Source of the DNA: Parcubacteria group bacterium LiPW_41 | GTDB lineage: Bacteria > Patescibacteriota > Minisyncoccia > UBA6257 > GWB1-50-10 | Assembly (NCBI GenBank): GCA_007375535.1 | Contig: VMEM01000004.1 | Span: forward strand, 22,545-86,544 | Length of the DNA: 64,000 bases | Direction: 5' to 3' | Notes under the pieces: model-generated | The model's input: the letters and a program-made list of their open reading frames with translations, nothing else | What the model was told of the DNA's origin: nothing | The model's database searches: none | Made by a program: the position numbers and the translations under genes | Part shown: one piece after another, positions 30,618-40,752 of the stretch | Layout of the letters: every line of letters begins with the position of its first letter | Position numbering within the stretch: position 1 is the first letter of the stretch

Positions 30618-30652
30618 CTCAATCTGTTGAGGTCGGACCTCAACAGATTGAG
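30618..30652. repeat. Palindrome, left copy (GAGGTCGGACCTC core)
   Basis: CTCAATCTGTTGAGGTC-G-GACCTCAACAGATTGAG. Confidence 0.88.
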
Positions 30653-30791
30653 AGTGAAGACTAAATCACAAAAGTCTATAATCTTTGCGGGACTTAAGTT
30701 GTCCACAGAATTACGGGTGAGAGATGTAAAAATTTTGATACAATAAAGATAAGAAAGAACAACGAGCATATAATCGTGTTCGTTTTTCTAT

Positions 30792-31028
30792 ATGGAAACT
30801 ATTATTACTCCACCGCAACTTCCCGTAGCAAATATGATTGATCTCAATCATCATCGCCGATCCGCGTATTGGACGTTTGTGGTTGGGTTTTTGGGAATTA
30901 TTTCATTTGCGATCTTGGGGCTCTATGCAATTTCTGCATACGAGCGGAGTCAGCAAGCACAAATGGATACAATGTTAAATGATGCTGCATCAACTCGATT
31001 CTTTCCTTCTAGTAGTATTGAAGAATAA
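30792..31028 (+). CDS. Small single-TM hypothetical protein
   Basis: 78-aa ORF with one TM, first gene of an apparent operon. Confidence 0.6.
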   Translation: METIITPPQLPVANMIDLNHHRRSAYWTFVVGFLGIISFAILGLYAISAYERSQQAQMDTMLNDAASTRFFPSSSIEE

Positions 31029-31034
31029 TTATTT

Positions 31035-31553
31035 ATGAACCCAGAGATACAAAAAATTCTCCAACCAGAACCTCTCCCTTCGCGGTCCACAAAAGCGGTC
31101 CGCCAGTTCGTTGTTTTTATATTTATTATTATTGCGGTTATTCTCGCAATCTTTTTGTTGGCTGAATACGACCGTCGCCAAAACGCAAAAGCGGTAGACC
31201 AGTTGAATCAAATGGTTCTTGATATCCAGAAAGCAGATTATGAGGAGGCAATGAGGGATACTTATGGAGGAAAAACTCCACAAGAGACGCTTTTACTCTA
31301 TATTACTGCGGTTGAAAAAGGTGATTATGAGTTTGCGAGTAAATATTTCATTGGAACGAAGCAAAAAGAGGAATTGGAGAGACTAAATAAATCAAAAAGA
31401 GAAGAAATAACTATGTATGTATCAGAGCTCAAAAATGTTTTAAAAAACGACGGTGTTTATTCTCAACAAAATCAGCGATTTAATTTTGATGGAGATATAC
31501 TTTTAAATTTAAAGCAATATCCAAACGGAATTTGGAAAATTATAGAAATATAA
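31035..31553 (+). CDS. Membrane-anchored NTF2-like hypothetical protein
   Basis: N-terminal TM; DTYGGKTPQETL..GDY..ASKYF..WKI pattern. Confidence 0.7.
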   Translation: MNPEIQKILQPEPLPSRSTKAVRQFVVFIFIIIAVILAIFLLAEYDRRQNAKAVDQLNQMVLDIQKADYEEAMRDTYGGKTPQETLLLYITAVEKGDYEFASKYFIGTKQKEELERLNKSKREEITMYVSELKNVLKNDGVYSQQNQRFNFDGDILLNLKQYPNGIWKIIEI

Positions 31554-31573
31554 ATTAATTACAATTACACACA

Positions 31574-34500
31574 ATGAATTTCAAGAAAACTCTGTTTGTT
31601 TTCTTAGGAATATTTCTGTGCTCTGCCTTTTCTGTACTCGCGTATGACGATGACACCACTCACCCCGCACTCACGCAGGAAATTTTACGATTTTACAATC
31701 TGACACATCCCGACCAAACACTTTCTGAAAATGATCAAACACTTATTATTGAGGGAAGTAAAGACGAGGACATTACTCCTCGTTGGGTAAATCATTTTTA
31801 TGATCCCGTACATAACGTTGGGTGGACTGGAGAACACCAAGGAGACACCCCAGCACTCGCAACACAGGCGTTTACTCGTGTGGGGATTATCTCTCGAAAG
31901 CCACTCTCGGCACTCGAGTGGGCAGTGAATGATTTGGCCCAATATGATTACTCTAGATACGGAGGAGATCATTCATGGAGAACAGGGCTCCAAGCATATG
32001 CAAAAGATGATAGAGAAAATGCGATGCGAGTACTGGGGCACACACTTCATTTGCTTGAAGATATGGCGGTACCAGATCACACACGGAATGACTCGCACGC
32101 GCCACTTAAAGAGGTAACGGGGGATGAGGGGTCTCCATATGAAGCGTATGCAGTGATGTGGAATAGAGACACTATTAAAAAATTAAAAATTCCAGAGACA
32201 TTAGTGAGTGAGGGAAAGCCAAGTGTCTCTTACACAACAATTCAAGACTCGTTGCATTCGATTGCTGAGTATTCGAATAAATATTTCTTTTCGAAAGACA
32301 CTATTAATGATCAAAAATATGAAAATCCAAAGATCATTACTGTTGATAGAAATTATATATATGGAGTTGATGAAAGAGGAGAAGAAATTAAACTCGGAGA
32401 AATAAAAAGGAGAAGTGATAGCACGGTTTCTCTGAAAACTGAATTTATTTTTTCTGAGAAGAAAGATATTTTAAGTTCTTATTTTTCTCGACTTGCTTCA
32501 AAAACAGTTCAAAGTGGTGCGGGGGTAATTGAACTTTTTTTGAAACAGGGTGAGGACCAAAAAATTACCAACGAGTTTGCTCCGCGTGTGATGGGAATTG
32601 ATCGACACGCGTTTCGTACGCCAGCATTTTCATTTATCTCCGAGGCAGGACGGGCATTTTTTGCTGTTGCTGAAATGTTCGGAACCGTTTCAGATGCCAT
32701 TGTTTCATTTGTTGGTGGAAGTGAGCAGGAAGAAACAAAAAATGAGGAACCGTTCGGGGAATTAGTGTTAGATACCGAACCAGATGCTGAGATGGTTCCA
32801 ATTGTTCAGGATTTAACAAAAGAAGAGCCAATAATAGAAGAAACCAACGACGAACCAATACAACAACAGGAGGTTGCGATAGAACAAGAAATAGAAATTC
32901 AAAGACCAGTTCGATCTGAGTTTATTTCGACAACAACAGAAATTGTTGAACAAAAAAGCACTAGCACAACTTCAACCGTTCAAACAATAAAAAATACCAC
33001 AACAAGAACAACATCGGGTGGTGGAGGTCCTAATGTTGAACAGGACAATTTCCCAAATGCAAAAATTGATATTTTGGAGATTATGTATGACGCTCCAGGA
33101 AGCGATGAGGGAAATGAGTGGGTGGAAATTTACAACTCAGGAACCACGACGGTAAAAATAAAAGATTTGCGATTTGTAGATTCGGGACAGAGACATTTAA
33201 TTTCGTTGTCACGAGGAAGTGAGGTATTAATGGCATATGATTATGGAATTATTGCAGATTCACCAGAAAAGTTTTTAGAAAAATATCCGAGTTACACTGG
33301 ATCAATTTGGAAAAGCGCAATGTCTCTTTCAAATACACATGATTTGCTTGCGATGGCGGGGAATATTCGGAATTTGGGTGAGGCAGAATATTATGGCTCG
33401 TCTGGCGCCGGTGGCGATGGAAATTCTTTGCAAAAAATTGGAAGCACTTGGTATGCTGGGGCTCCAACACCGGGAAGAGAAAATTCATATTCACCGCCAC
33501 ATAATAATCAAAAACCCGTTGTTGAGTTTTCATTTTTTCCTGGAGCACCAAAAGAACGGGAAGTTGTGACACTTCTTGCGTCATCAACTGATTCCGATGG
33601 AACGATTTCAAAGTATGTTTGGAAATTTGGTGATGGTGGTGAATTTACTTCACTAGTTAATTCAACAGAACATACATATTCAACGGTGGGGACATATAAT
33701 GCTGAAGTCGATGTGTACGACAATGAAAACGAATATACGCGGGCAACAACCACGATTTCTATTGAGCCAAGCAATGGAAAAGAGGCAGATCATGTAGTGA
33801 TTTCTGAAGTTCAATATGGGGGAGTGGACGCAGGAGATGAGTTTATTGAATTGTACAATCCAACAACAAGCACTATTAATATGACGGGATGGTCAATTCA
33901 ATATACATCGGGGCGAGTGACAGAAATAACACCGAGTGTGGTTTCAAAGAAAAATTTCGTCGCGTCCTCTTCTATCCGTGGTGAGGGATATTTTCTTATT
34001 GCACGAAGTATGAGCGCGAGTGGAAATGATGGGTATAGCGCTTCTCCAATTCCCGATCTTTCACATCGATCATTTTCTATGTCGAGTGCATCAACGGGTG
34101 GTTTAGTGTTTCTTGTTAAAAACAATGAAGATGTTGAGTCGGTGAACGATGGAGATATTGTCGATTTTGTAAATTATGGAGATTTTGAGCTATCAAACGG
34201 AAAATCATTAGAACGAAGGGGATGGAATGGGTTAATGTGCGCCTCGGCGCTTCAAGACGGCTCTGGTGAATTTCAAGGAAATGGATGTGATACAGAATAT
34301 ATGCATTCCGATTTTGAAGTGAGAAACAATCCCCAACCACAAAATAGTGGGAGCATGATTGAGCCGCGCGATGCTCCAACAATTCCTGAAAAACAAGTTG
34401 GGAAAACAACATATGCAGAATTTATAAAAAATGATAATGCGATCAATTTCTCTTGGAGTACCTCTACTGATAGTGAAGGAGGAATTGTGTGGTATGACAT

Positions 34501-35986
34501 TACAATGACTTCTGGAGCGAGTAGTACGCTCATTACTCATACAACATCAACATCATTTTTATATGTGCCAGAGTATGTTGGAAAAGAATATAGTTTCAAA
34601 TTAAAAGCATGTGATCGCGATGGTGCGTGTTCTAATTCTGTGGTTATTTCTGTTTCCGTTCCAAGTTATGCAGGGGAGGTATATTTTGGGACAAGAAATG
34701 GAGAGACGATCATTGAGCTAACAACCGAGCGATATCCATTTCTTCCTGGTTTCAGTGATATAAACCAAGAAAAAAAATTAGTTGCATATTTTAATACAGA
34801 TGCGGAATTTACTTCACAAACAGAAGAGTTTGCAAATTTACCAAACACGCTCACGCTTAAATTTATGGGATGTCATGGATATGAGGCATACACAAAAGAT
34901 GTTGTGTTTCCTGGTGATATAAATACATGTCGTGGGTTTGGACCAGGTTCTGGGAACTACAGCATTTATTACACCGAAGATAATGTAATTACTTTACGAC
35001 CAACATTGCCTAGTGGAAGGACAGAATTTTTACCAAGCGATTTTATTACTTTTGCATTTTATTCTCTAGATCGAGGCGCGTCGGGACGGTATTTTAATTT
35101 AATTACGCGCGATGCAAAACGATATTATTTCAATTCTTTGGAGAATAAAGGAAAAAATCCTGTGGCACATGGACCGATTCAATCTGAATTTAAACCTGAT
35201 CAATCTTCAATCGAATTGCGGTGGATGAGTCCAACGGACCCAGACTCAAGAGATGAAAAAATATCAAATGAATATGCAGTTTCTACATCAACTGCCACAA
35301 GCACGCTTTTATGGGTTGGTTCTGGGTGGAGCACTACTACGTTATTTGTTACTGGAATAGAGTTTCCGACGTACGCACATATTCGTGCAAGGGACACCGA
35401 TGGGAATTATTCCGATATTATTACTGATCCAATTAATCTAACCTCCCCAACTGTTCTTTTTTCTCAAATTGAATCTGATAATTATGAGCACCATATTGGA
35501 ACTTCATATGCACATTATGCAGAAAATGATGAAGCGGGATATCAAAATGTTATTCTGCACTCAACAACAACATTTGATGTGGTTGGACTAAAAGCATGGA
35601 AACATACAATGAATGATTCTGGTTTAAGACTTGTGATATATCCGTCACTTCCTTCGGGACTTCCTGATTTTGCTACTGTTATTGGAAAAACGCAGATGGG
35701 GAATTTTACCTCAATTAGTCAATGGACTGAAGTTCTACTTACATTTGAGACTCCAATAACTTTTGATCCAGAAATTCCATATTGGTTTGGGCTTGATGTT
35801 CCTGGTGCAGCGCGCGGCGCGGAGGTAGGATGGAAAATTGCGACACGAAATACTGACACCCCAACACTTGGGCGTGCGGGGTGGGGAATTGGTCCAGGGA
35901 GAAATGAAACATGTAATGGTGCGTGCACATATACCGAAGCAGATCAGCGCTCGCACGAGTGGTGGATAAAAATTGGAAAGCGATAA
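31574..35986 (+). CDS. Large secreted protein: Zn-phospholipase C/P1-like N-domain, two lamin-tail domains, PKD and FN3-like domains
   Basis: Signal peptide then YDDDTTH, NHFYDP, LGHTLHLLEDMAVPDH; ILEIMYD..EWVEIYN and ISEVQY..EFIELYNPT; W.FGDG..HTY PKD. Confidence 0.75.
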   Translation: MNFKKTLFVFLGIFLCSAFSVLAYDDDTTHPALTQEILRFYNLTHPDQTLSENDQTLIIEGSKDEDITPRWVNHFYDPVHNVGWTGEHQGDTPALATQAFTRVGIISRKPLSALEWAVNDLAQYDYSRYGGDHSWRTGLQAYAKDDRENAMRVLGHTLHLLEDMAVPDHTRNDSHAPLKEVTGDEGSPYEAYAVMWNRDTIKKLKIPETLVSEGKPSVSYTTIQDSLHSIAEYSNKYFFSKDTINDQKYENPKIITVDRNYIYGVDERGEEIKLGEIKRRSDSTVSLKTEFIFSEKKDILSSYFSRLASKTVQSGAGVIELFLKQGEDQKITNEFAPRVMGIDRHAFRTPAFSFISEAGRAFFAVAEMFGTVSDAIVSFVGGSEQEETKNEEPFGELVLDTEPDAEMVPIVQDLTKEEPIIEETNDEPIQQQEVAIEQEIEIQRPVRSEFISTTTEIVEQKSTSTTSTVQTIKNTTTRTTSGGGGPNVEQDNFPNAKIDILEIMYDAPGSDEGNEWVEIYNSGTTTVKIKDLRFVDSGQRHLISLSRGSEVLMAYDYGIIADSPEKFLEKYPSYTGSIWKSAMSLSNTHDLLAMAGNIRNLGEAEYYGSSGAGGDGNSLQKIGSTWYAGAPTPGRENSYSPPHNNQKPVVEFSFFPGAPKEREVVTLLASSTDSDGTISKYVWKFGDGGEFTSLVNSTEHTYSTVGTYNAEVDVYDNENEYTRATTTISIEPSNGKEADHVVISEVQYGGVDAGDEFIELYNPTTSTINMTGWSIQYTSGRVTEITPSVVSKKNFVASSSIRGEGYFLIARSMSASGNDGYSASPIPDLSHRSFSMSSASTGGLVFLVKNNEDVESVNDGDIVDFVNYGDFELSNGKSLERRGWNGLMCASALQDGSGEFQGNGCDTEYMHSDFEVRNNPQPQNSGSMIEPRDAPTIPEKQVGKTTYAEFIKNDNAINFSWSTSTDSEGGIVWYDITMTSGASSTLITHTTSTSFLYVPEYVGKEYSFKLKACDRDGACSNSVVISVSVPSYAGEVYFGTRNGETIIELTTERYPFLPGFSDINQEKKLVAYFNTDAEFTSQTEEFANLPNTLTLKFMGCHGYEAYTKDVVFPGDINTCRGFGPGSGNYSIYYTEDNVITLRPTLPSGRTEFLPSDFITFAFYSLDRGASGRYFNLITRDAKRYYFNSLENKGKNPVAHGPIQSEFKPDQSSIELRWMSPTDPDSRDEKISNEYAVSTSTATSTLLWVGSGWSTTTLFVTGIEFPTYAHIRARDTDGNYSDIITDPINLTSPTVLFSQIESDNYEHHIGTSYAHYAENDEAGYQNVILHSTTTFDVVGLKAWKHTMNDSGLRLVIYPSLPSGLPDFATVIGKTQMGNFTSISQWTEVLLTFETPITFDPEIPYWFGLDVPGAARGAEVGWKIATRNTDTPTLGRAGWGIGPGRNETCNGACTYTEADQRSHEWWIKIGKR

Positions 35987-35993
35987 TAATCAC

Positions 35994-36032
35994 AATCCAA
36001 TCTGTTGAGGTCGGACCTCAACAGATTGGATT
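35994..36032. repeat. Palindrome, right copy
   Basis: AATCCAATCTGTTGAGGTC-G-GACCTCAACAGATTGGATT; 31-bp core identical to 30620-30650. Confidence 0.88.
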
Positions 36033-36105
36033 TATGACATTTTTAGATAGAAAACAAAAATTCCTCATTGCTGAGGAACTTTTGTGTAAGTGTGATATTC
36101 AATTG

Positions 36106-36555
36106 TTAGTTAAGAACAACGATTTCTGCATAAGCAATTCCGAATTTTAATGCCTCTTCTTTGGAGTTCATCCAAATATCAACATTATTCTTCTTTCTTG
36201 AGTGCATGCGGTCTTCAACCACGAACACTTTATTGCCAAACAGTTTCGGTATTTTAACTTTAGTTCCAAACGGAAGAAGGTTTGTAGCGATTATGCCATC
36301 GCGCACTGTTGTTCCCATTGCAGTGATGAACGGTGTGTCATCAGTCTCTTCGGGAGTGCTAGAATAGGCGGTGATCCAGACTTTTCGGCTTTGAATTGCT
36401 TCAGCCTCGACATCATCTGGCGCCTCGGCGGCACGAGCGATACTAACTCCATTCGGTTTGGCGGTATGAAGGGCTTTCAATGTTGGTGTTTCCGATGGCA
36501 TCGGGAACGTAACTATCAAAATTCCTATCACGGCCGTTACTACCTTTTTACCCAT
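36106..36555 (-). CDS. 3D-domain (lytic transglycosylase-like) secreted protein
   Basis: TAYSSTPEETDDTPFITA, LPFGTKV, VEDRM, VDIW; start placed at ATG 36555. Confidence 0.85.
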   Translation of the reverse strand: MGKKVVTAVIGILIVTFPMPSETPTLKALHTAKPNGVSIARAAEAPDDVEAEAIQSRKVWITAYSSTPEETDDTPFITAMGTTVRDGIIATNLLPFGTKVKIPKLFGNKVFVVEDRMHSRKKNNVDIWMNSKEEALKFGIAYAEIVVLN

Positions 36556-36679
36556 ATTAAAAACCCCTGTAGGGGTTATACAGGAGTAGATTAGCATACA
36601 TTCCCCAAAAATGCAAGCAAAATCGAGAAAAACCGCTATTTTATTGAGTTTTTTGGGGTTCTGTGTAACACTAAAACTA

Positions 36680-37399
36680 ATGACTTTGAAGGTGATCATG
36701 AAAACGAAGGACTTTGTGGCATTTAACAAACCTGCCGGTGTTTTGGTGCACCGAGCATATGGAATGGAGCCACGAGAGGGGGAAGAAGTGCTCACTGACA
36801 TCGCGTTGAAGTTATTTCCGGAGATTGCGAATGTGGGAGACAAGCCTGAAGAGCGTCCAGGAATTGTTCATCGACTTGATAAAGAAACATCGGGAGTGAT
36901 TGTGGTAGCACGTAATCAAAAGTTTTTTGATTTTCTTAAAGAACGTTTTAAAAACCATGAAGTTGAAAAACATTATCTTGCACTTGTTGCGGGGAAGCTG
37001 ATTGGAATGGGAAGAATCGACAAACCAATCGGACTCAAACCAGGAACGACACGCCGAAGTGTGCGCGCGAGAAATATGAAAATGGTGAAGGAGGCGATCA
37101 CTGACTATCGCGCAAAAAAAATGTATATATCAGAAACAATGGGGAGGGCAGTGTATTACACATTACTCGAAGTTATTCCACGAACAGGACGAACGCATCA
37201 GATACGCGTTCACTTCGCTGCAATGGGACACCCAATTGTTGGAGACACAATGTATGGACCAACGGGAAACTCATTGGGACTCACGAGACATTTTCTTCAC
37301 GCTGAGTCACTAGAGTTTTCAACTCCCGGAGGAAAACGTGTTCGTATTGAGGCAGACCTTCCCGATGATTTAAAAAAGGCATTAGAAAAATTAAATTAA
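36680..37399 (+). CDS. RluA-family pseudouridine synthase
   Basis: NKPAG, IVHRLDKETSG, TGRTHQIRVH, FLHA. Confidence 0.92.
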   Translation: MTLKVIMKTKDFVAFNKPAGVLVHRAYGMEPREGEEVLTDIALKLFPEIANVGDKPEERPGIVHRLDKETSGVIVVARNQKFFDFLKERFKNHEVEKHYLALVAGKLIGMGRIDKPIGLKPGTTRRSVRARNMKMVKEAITDYRAKKMYISETMGRAVYYTLLEVIPRTGRTHQIRVHFAAMGHPIVGDTMYGPTGNSLGLTRHFLHAESLEFSTPGGKRVRIEADLPDDLKKALEKLN

Positions 37400-37423
37400 A
37401 AATCCCCCGAAAGGGGGATTTGG

Positions 37424-37792
37424 TTATATCGGATGTGCGTCACAATGAAATGGATTCACCACTATAATATTGTGTGAGTTTTTAAATACGCACCATTTTT
37501 TAAACATTTCTTCTTGATTGTAAAGGCGGATTTTTGAAACAAGTTCATCGGGGAGTAAATCAAGACCAAATCCAAGGAATTCTGCTTTTCCGAATTCATA
37601 TAGATCAAAAAAATTTACATTAAATTTTTTGTTTATATCTGATTTGGTAAGTTCTTTTGCATTTCCTTTTACCCCCTCGTTTTTATGAAGAAATGAATTA
37701 AGTGGAGCACTTAGTATTGCGTGTGCAATCATTGCTGATTGTGTCTCTGTCCCAAAGTGGTTATAGAGAAATACCTCTCCTTTGTTAAACAT
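37424..37792 (-). CDS. Hypothetical protein
   Basis: ORF with SD AAGGAG upstream of ATG 37792; shares a bidirectional terminator with rluA. Confidence 0.55.
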   Translation of the reverse strand: MFNKGEVFLYNHFGTETQSAMIAHAILSAPLNSFLHKNEGVKGNAKELTKSDINKKFNVNFFDLYEFGKAEFLGFGLDLLPDELVSKIRLYNQEEMFKKWCVFKNSHNIIVVNPFHCDAHPI

Positions 37793-37909
37793 TTCTATCT
37801 CCTTATTGTTGTAAATGTTAACTATACAATAGGACAAAAATATGAGTTAGTCAATGTAGAAGATATTATTTGTTGCGTTCGAATTTGTATTTATTATAAT
37901 TAGGCGTAT

Positions 37910-38623
37910 ATGGAGCATGAAAATAAAAAAGACTATCTTCTTCCTGGAAGTATTTTAATTGCAGCGTTACTTATCGCAGGCGCGTTGTTTTATAATGCAG
38001 GAAAGACAAATGAACAAAATGTTGAAAAGAAGGCACTCGACATAAATTCTATACAAGATCTTTCTCCAAGTAATGTAAATCCAATTTCGGATAGTGATCA
38101 CAAACTTGGTCCTGAGAGTGCGCCAATAAAAATTATTGCGTTTTCAGACCCTGAGTGTCCGTATTGCAAAGATTATCATTTTGTTTTGAAGGATTTAATG
38201 AAGGAGATGCCAGGAAAGATACAACTTATATTTCGAAACTTCCCACTTTCTGGACACAAACAATCAAAACAAGAAGCAACTGCAATGGAGTGTGTTGCTG
38301 ACTTGAAAGGAAATGATGCATTTTGGAGTTATCTCGATAGAATTTTTGAGGCCACCCCTTCAAATGATGGACTTGATCTTGCACTTCTTCCAAAATTTGC
38401 AGAAGAAGTTGGCGTAGATAAATCAAAATTTGAATCATGTCTTGCCTCAGGAAAATTTGATGCGCTTCTTGATGAAAACATACAGAATGGAAAAAATGCA
38501 GGACTACGCGGAACCCCATACTCTGTTGTTATTGCTCCAAACGGACAGTATCTCCCACTGAATGGATATCTCCCCCTTGAAGAATTTAAAAAGGTAATGG
38601 AGGAGGTGATAAACCAAAAATAA
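37910..38623 (+). CDS. DsbA-family thiol-disulfide oxidoreductase
   Basis: FSDPECPYC, FRNFPL, GLRGTP. Confidence 0.9.
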   Translation: MEHENKKDYLLPGSILIAALLIAGALFYNAGKTNEQNVEKKALDINSIQDLSPSNVNPISDSDHKLGPESAPIKIIAFSDPECPYCKDYHFVLKDLMKEMPGKIQLIFRNFPLSGHKQSKQEATAMECVADLKGNDAFWSYLDRIFEATPSNDGLDLALLPKFAEEVGVDKSKFESCLASGKFDALLDENIQNGKNAGLRGTPYSVVIAPNGQYLPLNGYLPLEEFKKVMEEVINQK

Positions 38624-38689
38624 AGCAGTCATCCAAAAATCTCTCTCTGAGAGATTTTTCTTTTGTGGGAATATTCGTATAATGGGAAT

Positions 38690-38854
38690 ATGCATTGGAA
38701 CTATTGGATTGTTTTTGGAATAGGAATTTGGGTCTTACTCTCTCCATGGATATTGGGTTTTTCTTCTTATAATATTGCGTTGTGGAGTAATATTCTTTCT
38801 GGGTGTCTTATATCTATCTTTGTTCTTTGGAACTTCGTCCCTCCAGAGGAATAG
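38690..38854 (+). CDS. SPW-repeat small membrane protein
   Basis: GIWVLLSPWILGFS..WSN motif; TATAAT shortly upstream. Confidence 0.8.
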   Translation: MHWNYWIVFGIGIWVLLSPWILGFSSYNIALWSNILSGCLISIFVLWNFVPPEE

Positions 38855-38878
38855 TGTTTAAAAATTTATTTAATATTT

Positions 38879-39796
38879 ATGTACGATTTAATTATTATTG
38901 GTGGTGGTCCTGCGGCTGTGTCTGCGGGAGTCTATGCGGGAAGAAAGCGTTTGCACACGCTTGTTATTACTAATTCATTTGGTGGGCAATCTGTTGTATC
39001 AAACGATATACAAAATTGGATTGGAACTCCTTCGATTTCTGGATTCGAACTTGCACAGTCACTTGAAAAACATTTGCGCGCACAACCAGATATACAAATT
39101 GAAGAGGGAGAGGGAGTAGAAAAAATAGAAAAAAAAGAAGATGGAACATTTGTGGTATCAACAAAATCAAAAACGTTTGAAACAAAAACAGTGCTTATTG
39201 CTTCTGGAAGTGGAAGAAAGAGATTGAATGTTCCTGGAGAAAATGAATTTGAGGGAAGGGGCGTGTTTTATTGTTCTATTTGTGATGCTCCGTTATTTGG
39301 TGAAAAAACTGTTGCGGTGGTCGGTGGGGGAAATTCTGCACTTGAAGCTGTTATTGATTTAATGAAATATGCATCAAAGATTTATCTTTTGCATCACGGA
39401 ACTGAATTGAAGGGAGATCCAATAACACAAGAAAAAATAAAGAGTTTGAGTAAAGTTGAAATTATATATCAAGCAGAGACGAAAGAAATAAAAGGGGATG
39501 GAATGGTTTCTGAAATTGTGTTTACTGATTTAAAGACAAACGAAGAAAGGACCATTGCGGTTGATGGAGTATTTATTGAGATTGGTGCTGTTCCAAACAG
39601 TATGTTTGCTTCGGGACTTTTGGAGATGAACAAATACGGCGCAATTGTTGTTGATGCTCGAACGCAGGCCACAACATGCAAGGGTATTTGGGCGGCGGGA
39701 GATGTTACTGATATTCCATATAAACAAAATAATATTTCGGTGGGAGATGCAGCGAAAGCTATATTAAACATTTATGAATTTCTCCACAGTCGCTAA
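38879..39796 (+). CDS. trxB: Thioredoxin reductase / AhpF-like flavoprotein
   Basis: GGGPAA, CSICD, GGGNSA, AAGDVT. Confidence 0.88.
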   Translation: MYDLIIIGGGPAAVSAGVYAGRKRLHTLVITNSFGGQSVVSNDIQNWIGTPSISGFELAQSLEKHLRAQPDIQIEEGEGVEKIEKKEDGTFVVSTKSKTFETKTVLIASGSGRKRLNVPGENEFEGRGVFYCSICDAPLFGEKTVAVVGGGNSALEAVIDLMKYASKIYLLHHGTELKGDPITQEKIKSLSKVEIIYQAETKEIKGDGMVSEIVFTDLKTNEERTIAVDGVFIEIGAVPNSMFASGLLEMNKYGAIVVDARTQATTCKGIWAAGDVTDIPYKQNNISVGDAAKAILNIYEFLHSR

Positions 39797-39819
39797 AACA
39801 GGTGTGCTATAATATTCGT

Positions 39820-40266
39820 ATGAGTATAAATAAAACAAATAAGGTCCTTCTCATTGTTATTATTATCCTTCTTGTATTACTTGCTGGGTTCGTAATTATA
39901 AAAGAAGTGATTGGGAAGCCTACATACACTGCTGTGTATTTAAAAACGGGCGATCTTTATTTTGGAAAATTGGTACGATTTCCATACTTTGGTTTGAAAG
40001 AGCCATATCTCTTGCAGGTAAACCAAGCGAACCAACAGAATCCATTAAGCGTTCAAAGATTTAAAAATGTGTTCTGGGGTCCATCAGATGTTTTGAAGAT
40101 AAATCGTTCCGAGGTTGTGTGGTATACAACACTTCGTGATGATAGTGATCTCGCAAAAGTATTTGTTCAGAATCCTGATCTTCTTCCTCAGCAGTCTGCG
40201 CAGCAACAAGCGCCAGTACAGCAGGCACCAGTTCAGCAAGCTCCAGCACAAGAAGAGAAAAAATAA
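39820..40266 (+). CDS. Membrane-anchored hypothetical protein with QQAPV tail
   Basis: N-terminal TM, VYLKTGDLYFGKL, C-terminal Q/A/P repeats. Confidence 0.7.
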   Translation: MSINKTNKVLLIVIIILLVLLAGFVIIKEVIGKPTYTAVYLKTGDLYFGKLVRFPYFGLKEPYLLQVNQANQQNPLSVQRFKNVFWGPSDVLKINRSEVVWYTTLRDDSDLAKVFVQNPDLLPQQSAQQQAPVQQAPVQQAPAQEEKK

Positions 40267-40314
40267 TAAAAAAATCCGATGCGAGAGCATCGGATTTTTG
40301 TTATGATGATAGTA

Positions 40315-40752
40315 ATGGTCAATGATAAATGCTTTTTAAAACGAGAGAGGGGACAGGCTACGCTTGCATTTATTATTCTCATTAGTGGACTTATTTTGGA
40401 AATTGCAGTCGCGGGCTCCTTTGTTACTTATTTTTTGAGCACCTCTGGTATGGGTGAGAGGCTCTCCGCCCGTGCTTTATCTGTTGCGTCTTCTGGGATA
40501 AGGGATGCGCAGATTCGTCTTGTTCGGCTCGGTTCTTTGTGTGGCGATCTCCAGCCGTATTCATTTAGCATTGATCAAGACACCGCAACTATTTCTTCGT
40601 CGCGTGCTACTGTTGGTGGAAATTGTGAATATACTATTACTGCATTGGGAGTAGCAGGAACGAGACAGCGAAAACTTGTTGCGGTATTATTAATGGATAC
40701 TACCACGGGACTTGCTGAATTGAGGTCGGTAAATGAACGTCCAGTTCAATAA
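40315..40752 (+). CDS. Minor pilin-like protein (class III signal peptide)
   Basis: RERG/QATL followed by a hydrophobic helix; next to a pilM-like gene. Confidence 0.65.
   Translation: MVNDKCFLKRERGQATLAFIILISGLILEIAVAGSFVTYFLSTSGMGERLSARALSVASSGIRDAQIRLVRLGSLCGDLQPYSFSIDQDTATISSSRATVGGNCEYTITALGVAGTRQRKLVAVLLMDTTTGLAELRSVNERPVQ

Noticed and set aside
30699-30707. DnaA-box-like TTGTCCACA as a possible origin
   Set aside because: Single mismatched box with no cluster and no dnaA/dnaN context.
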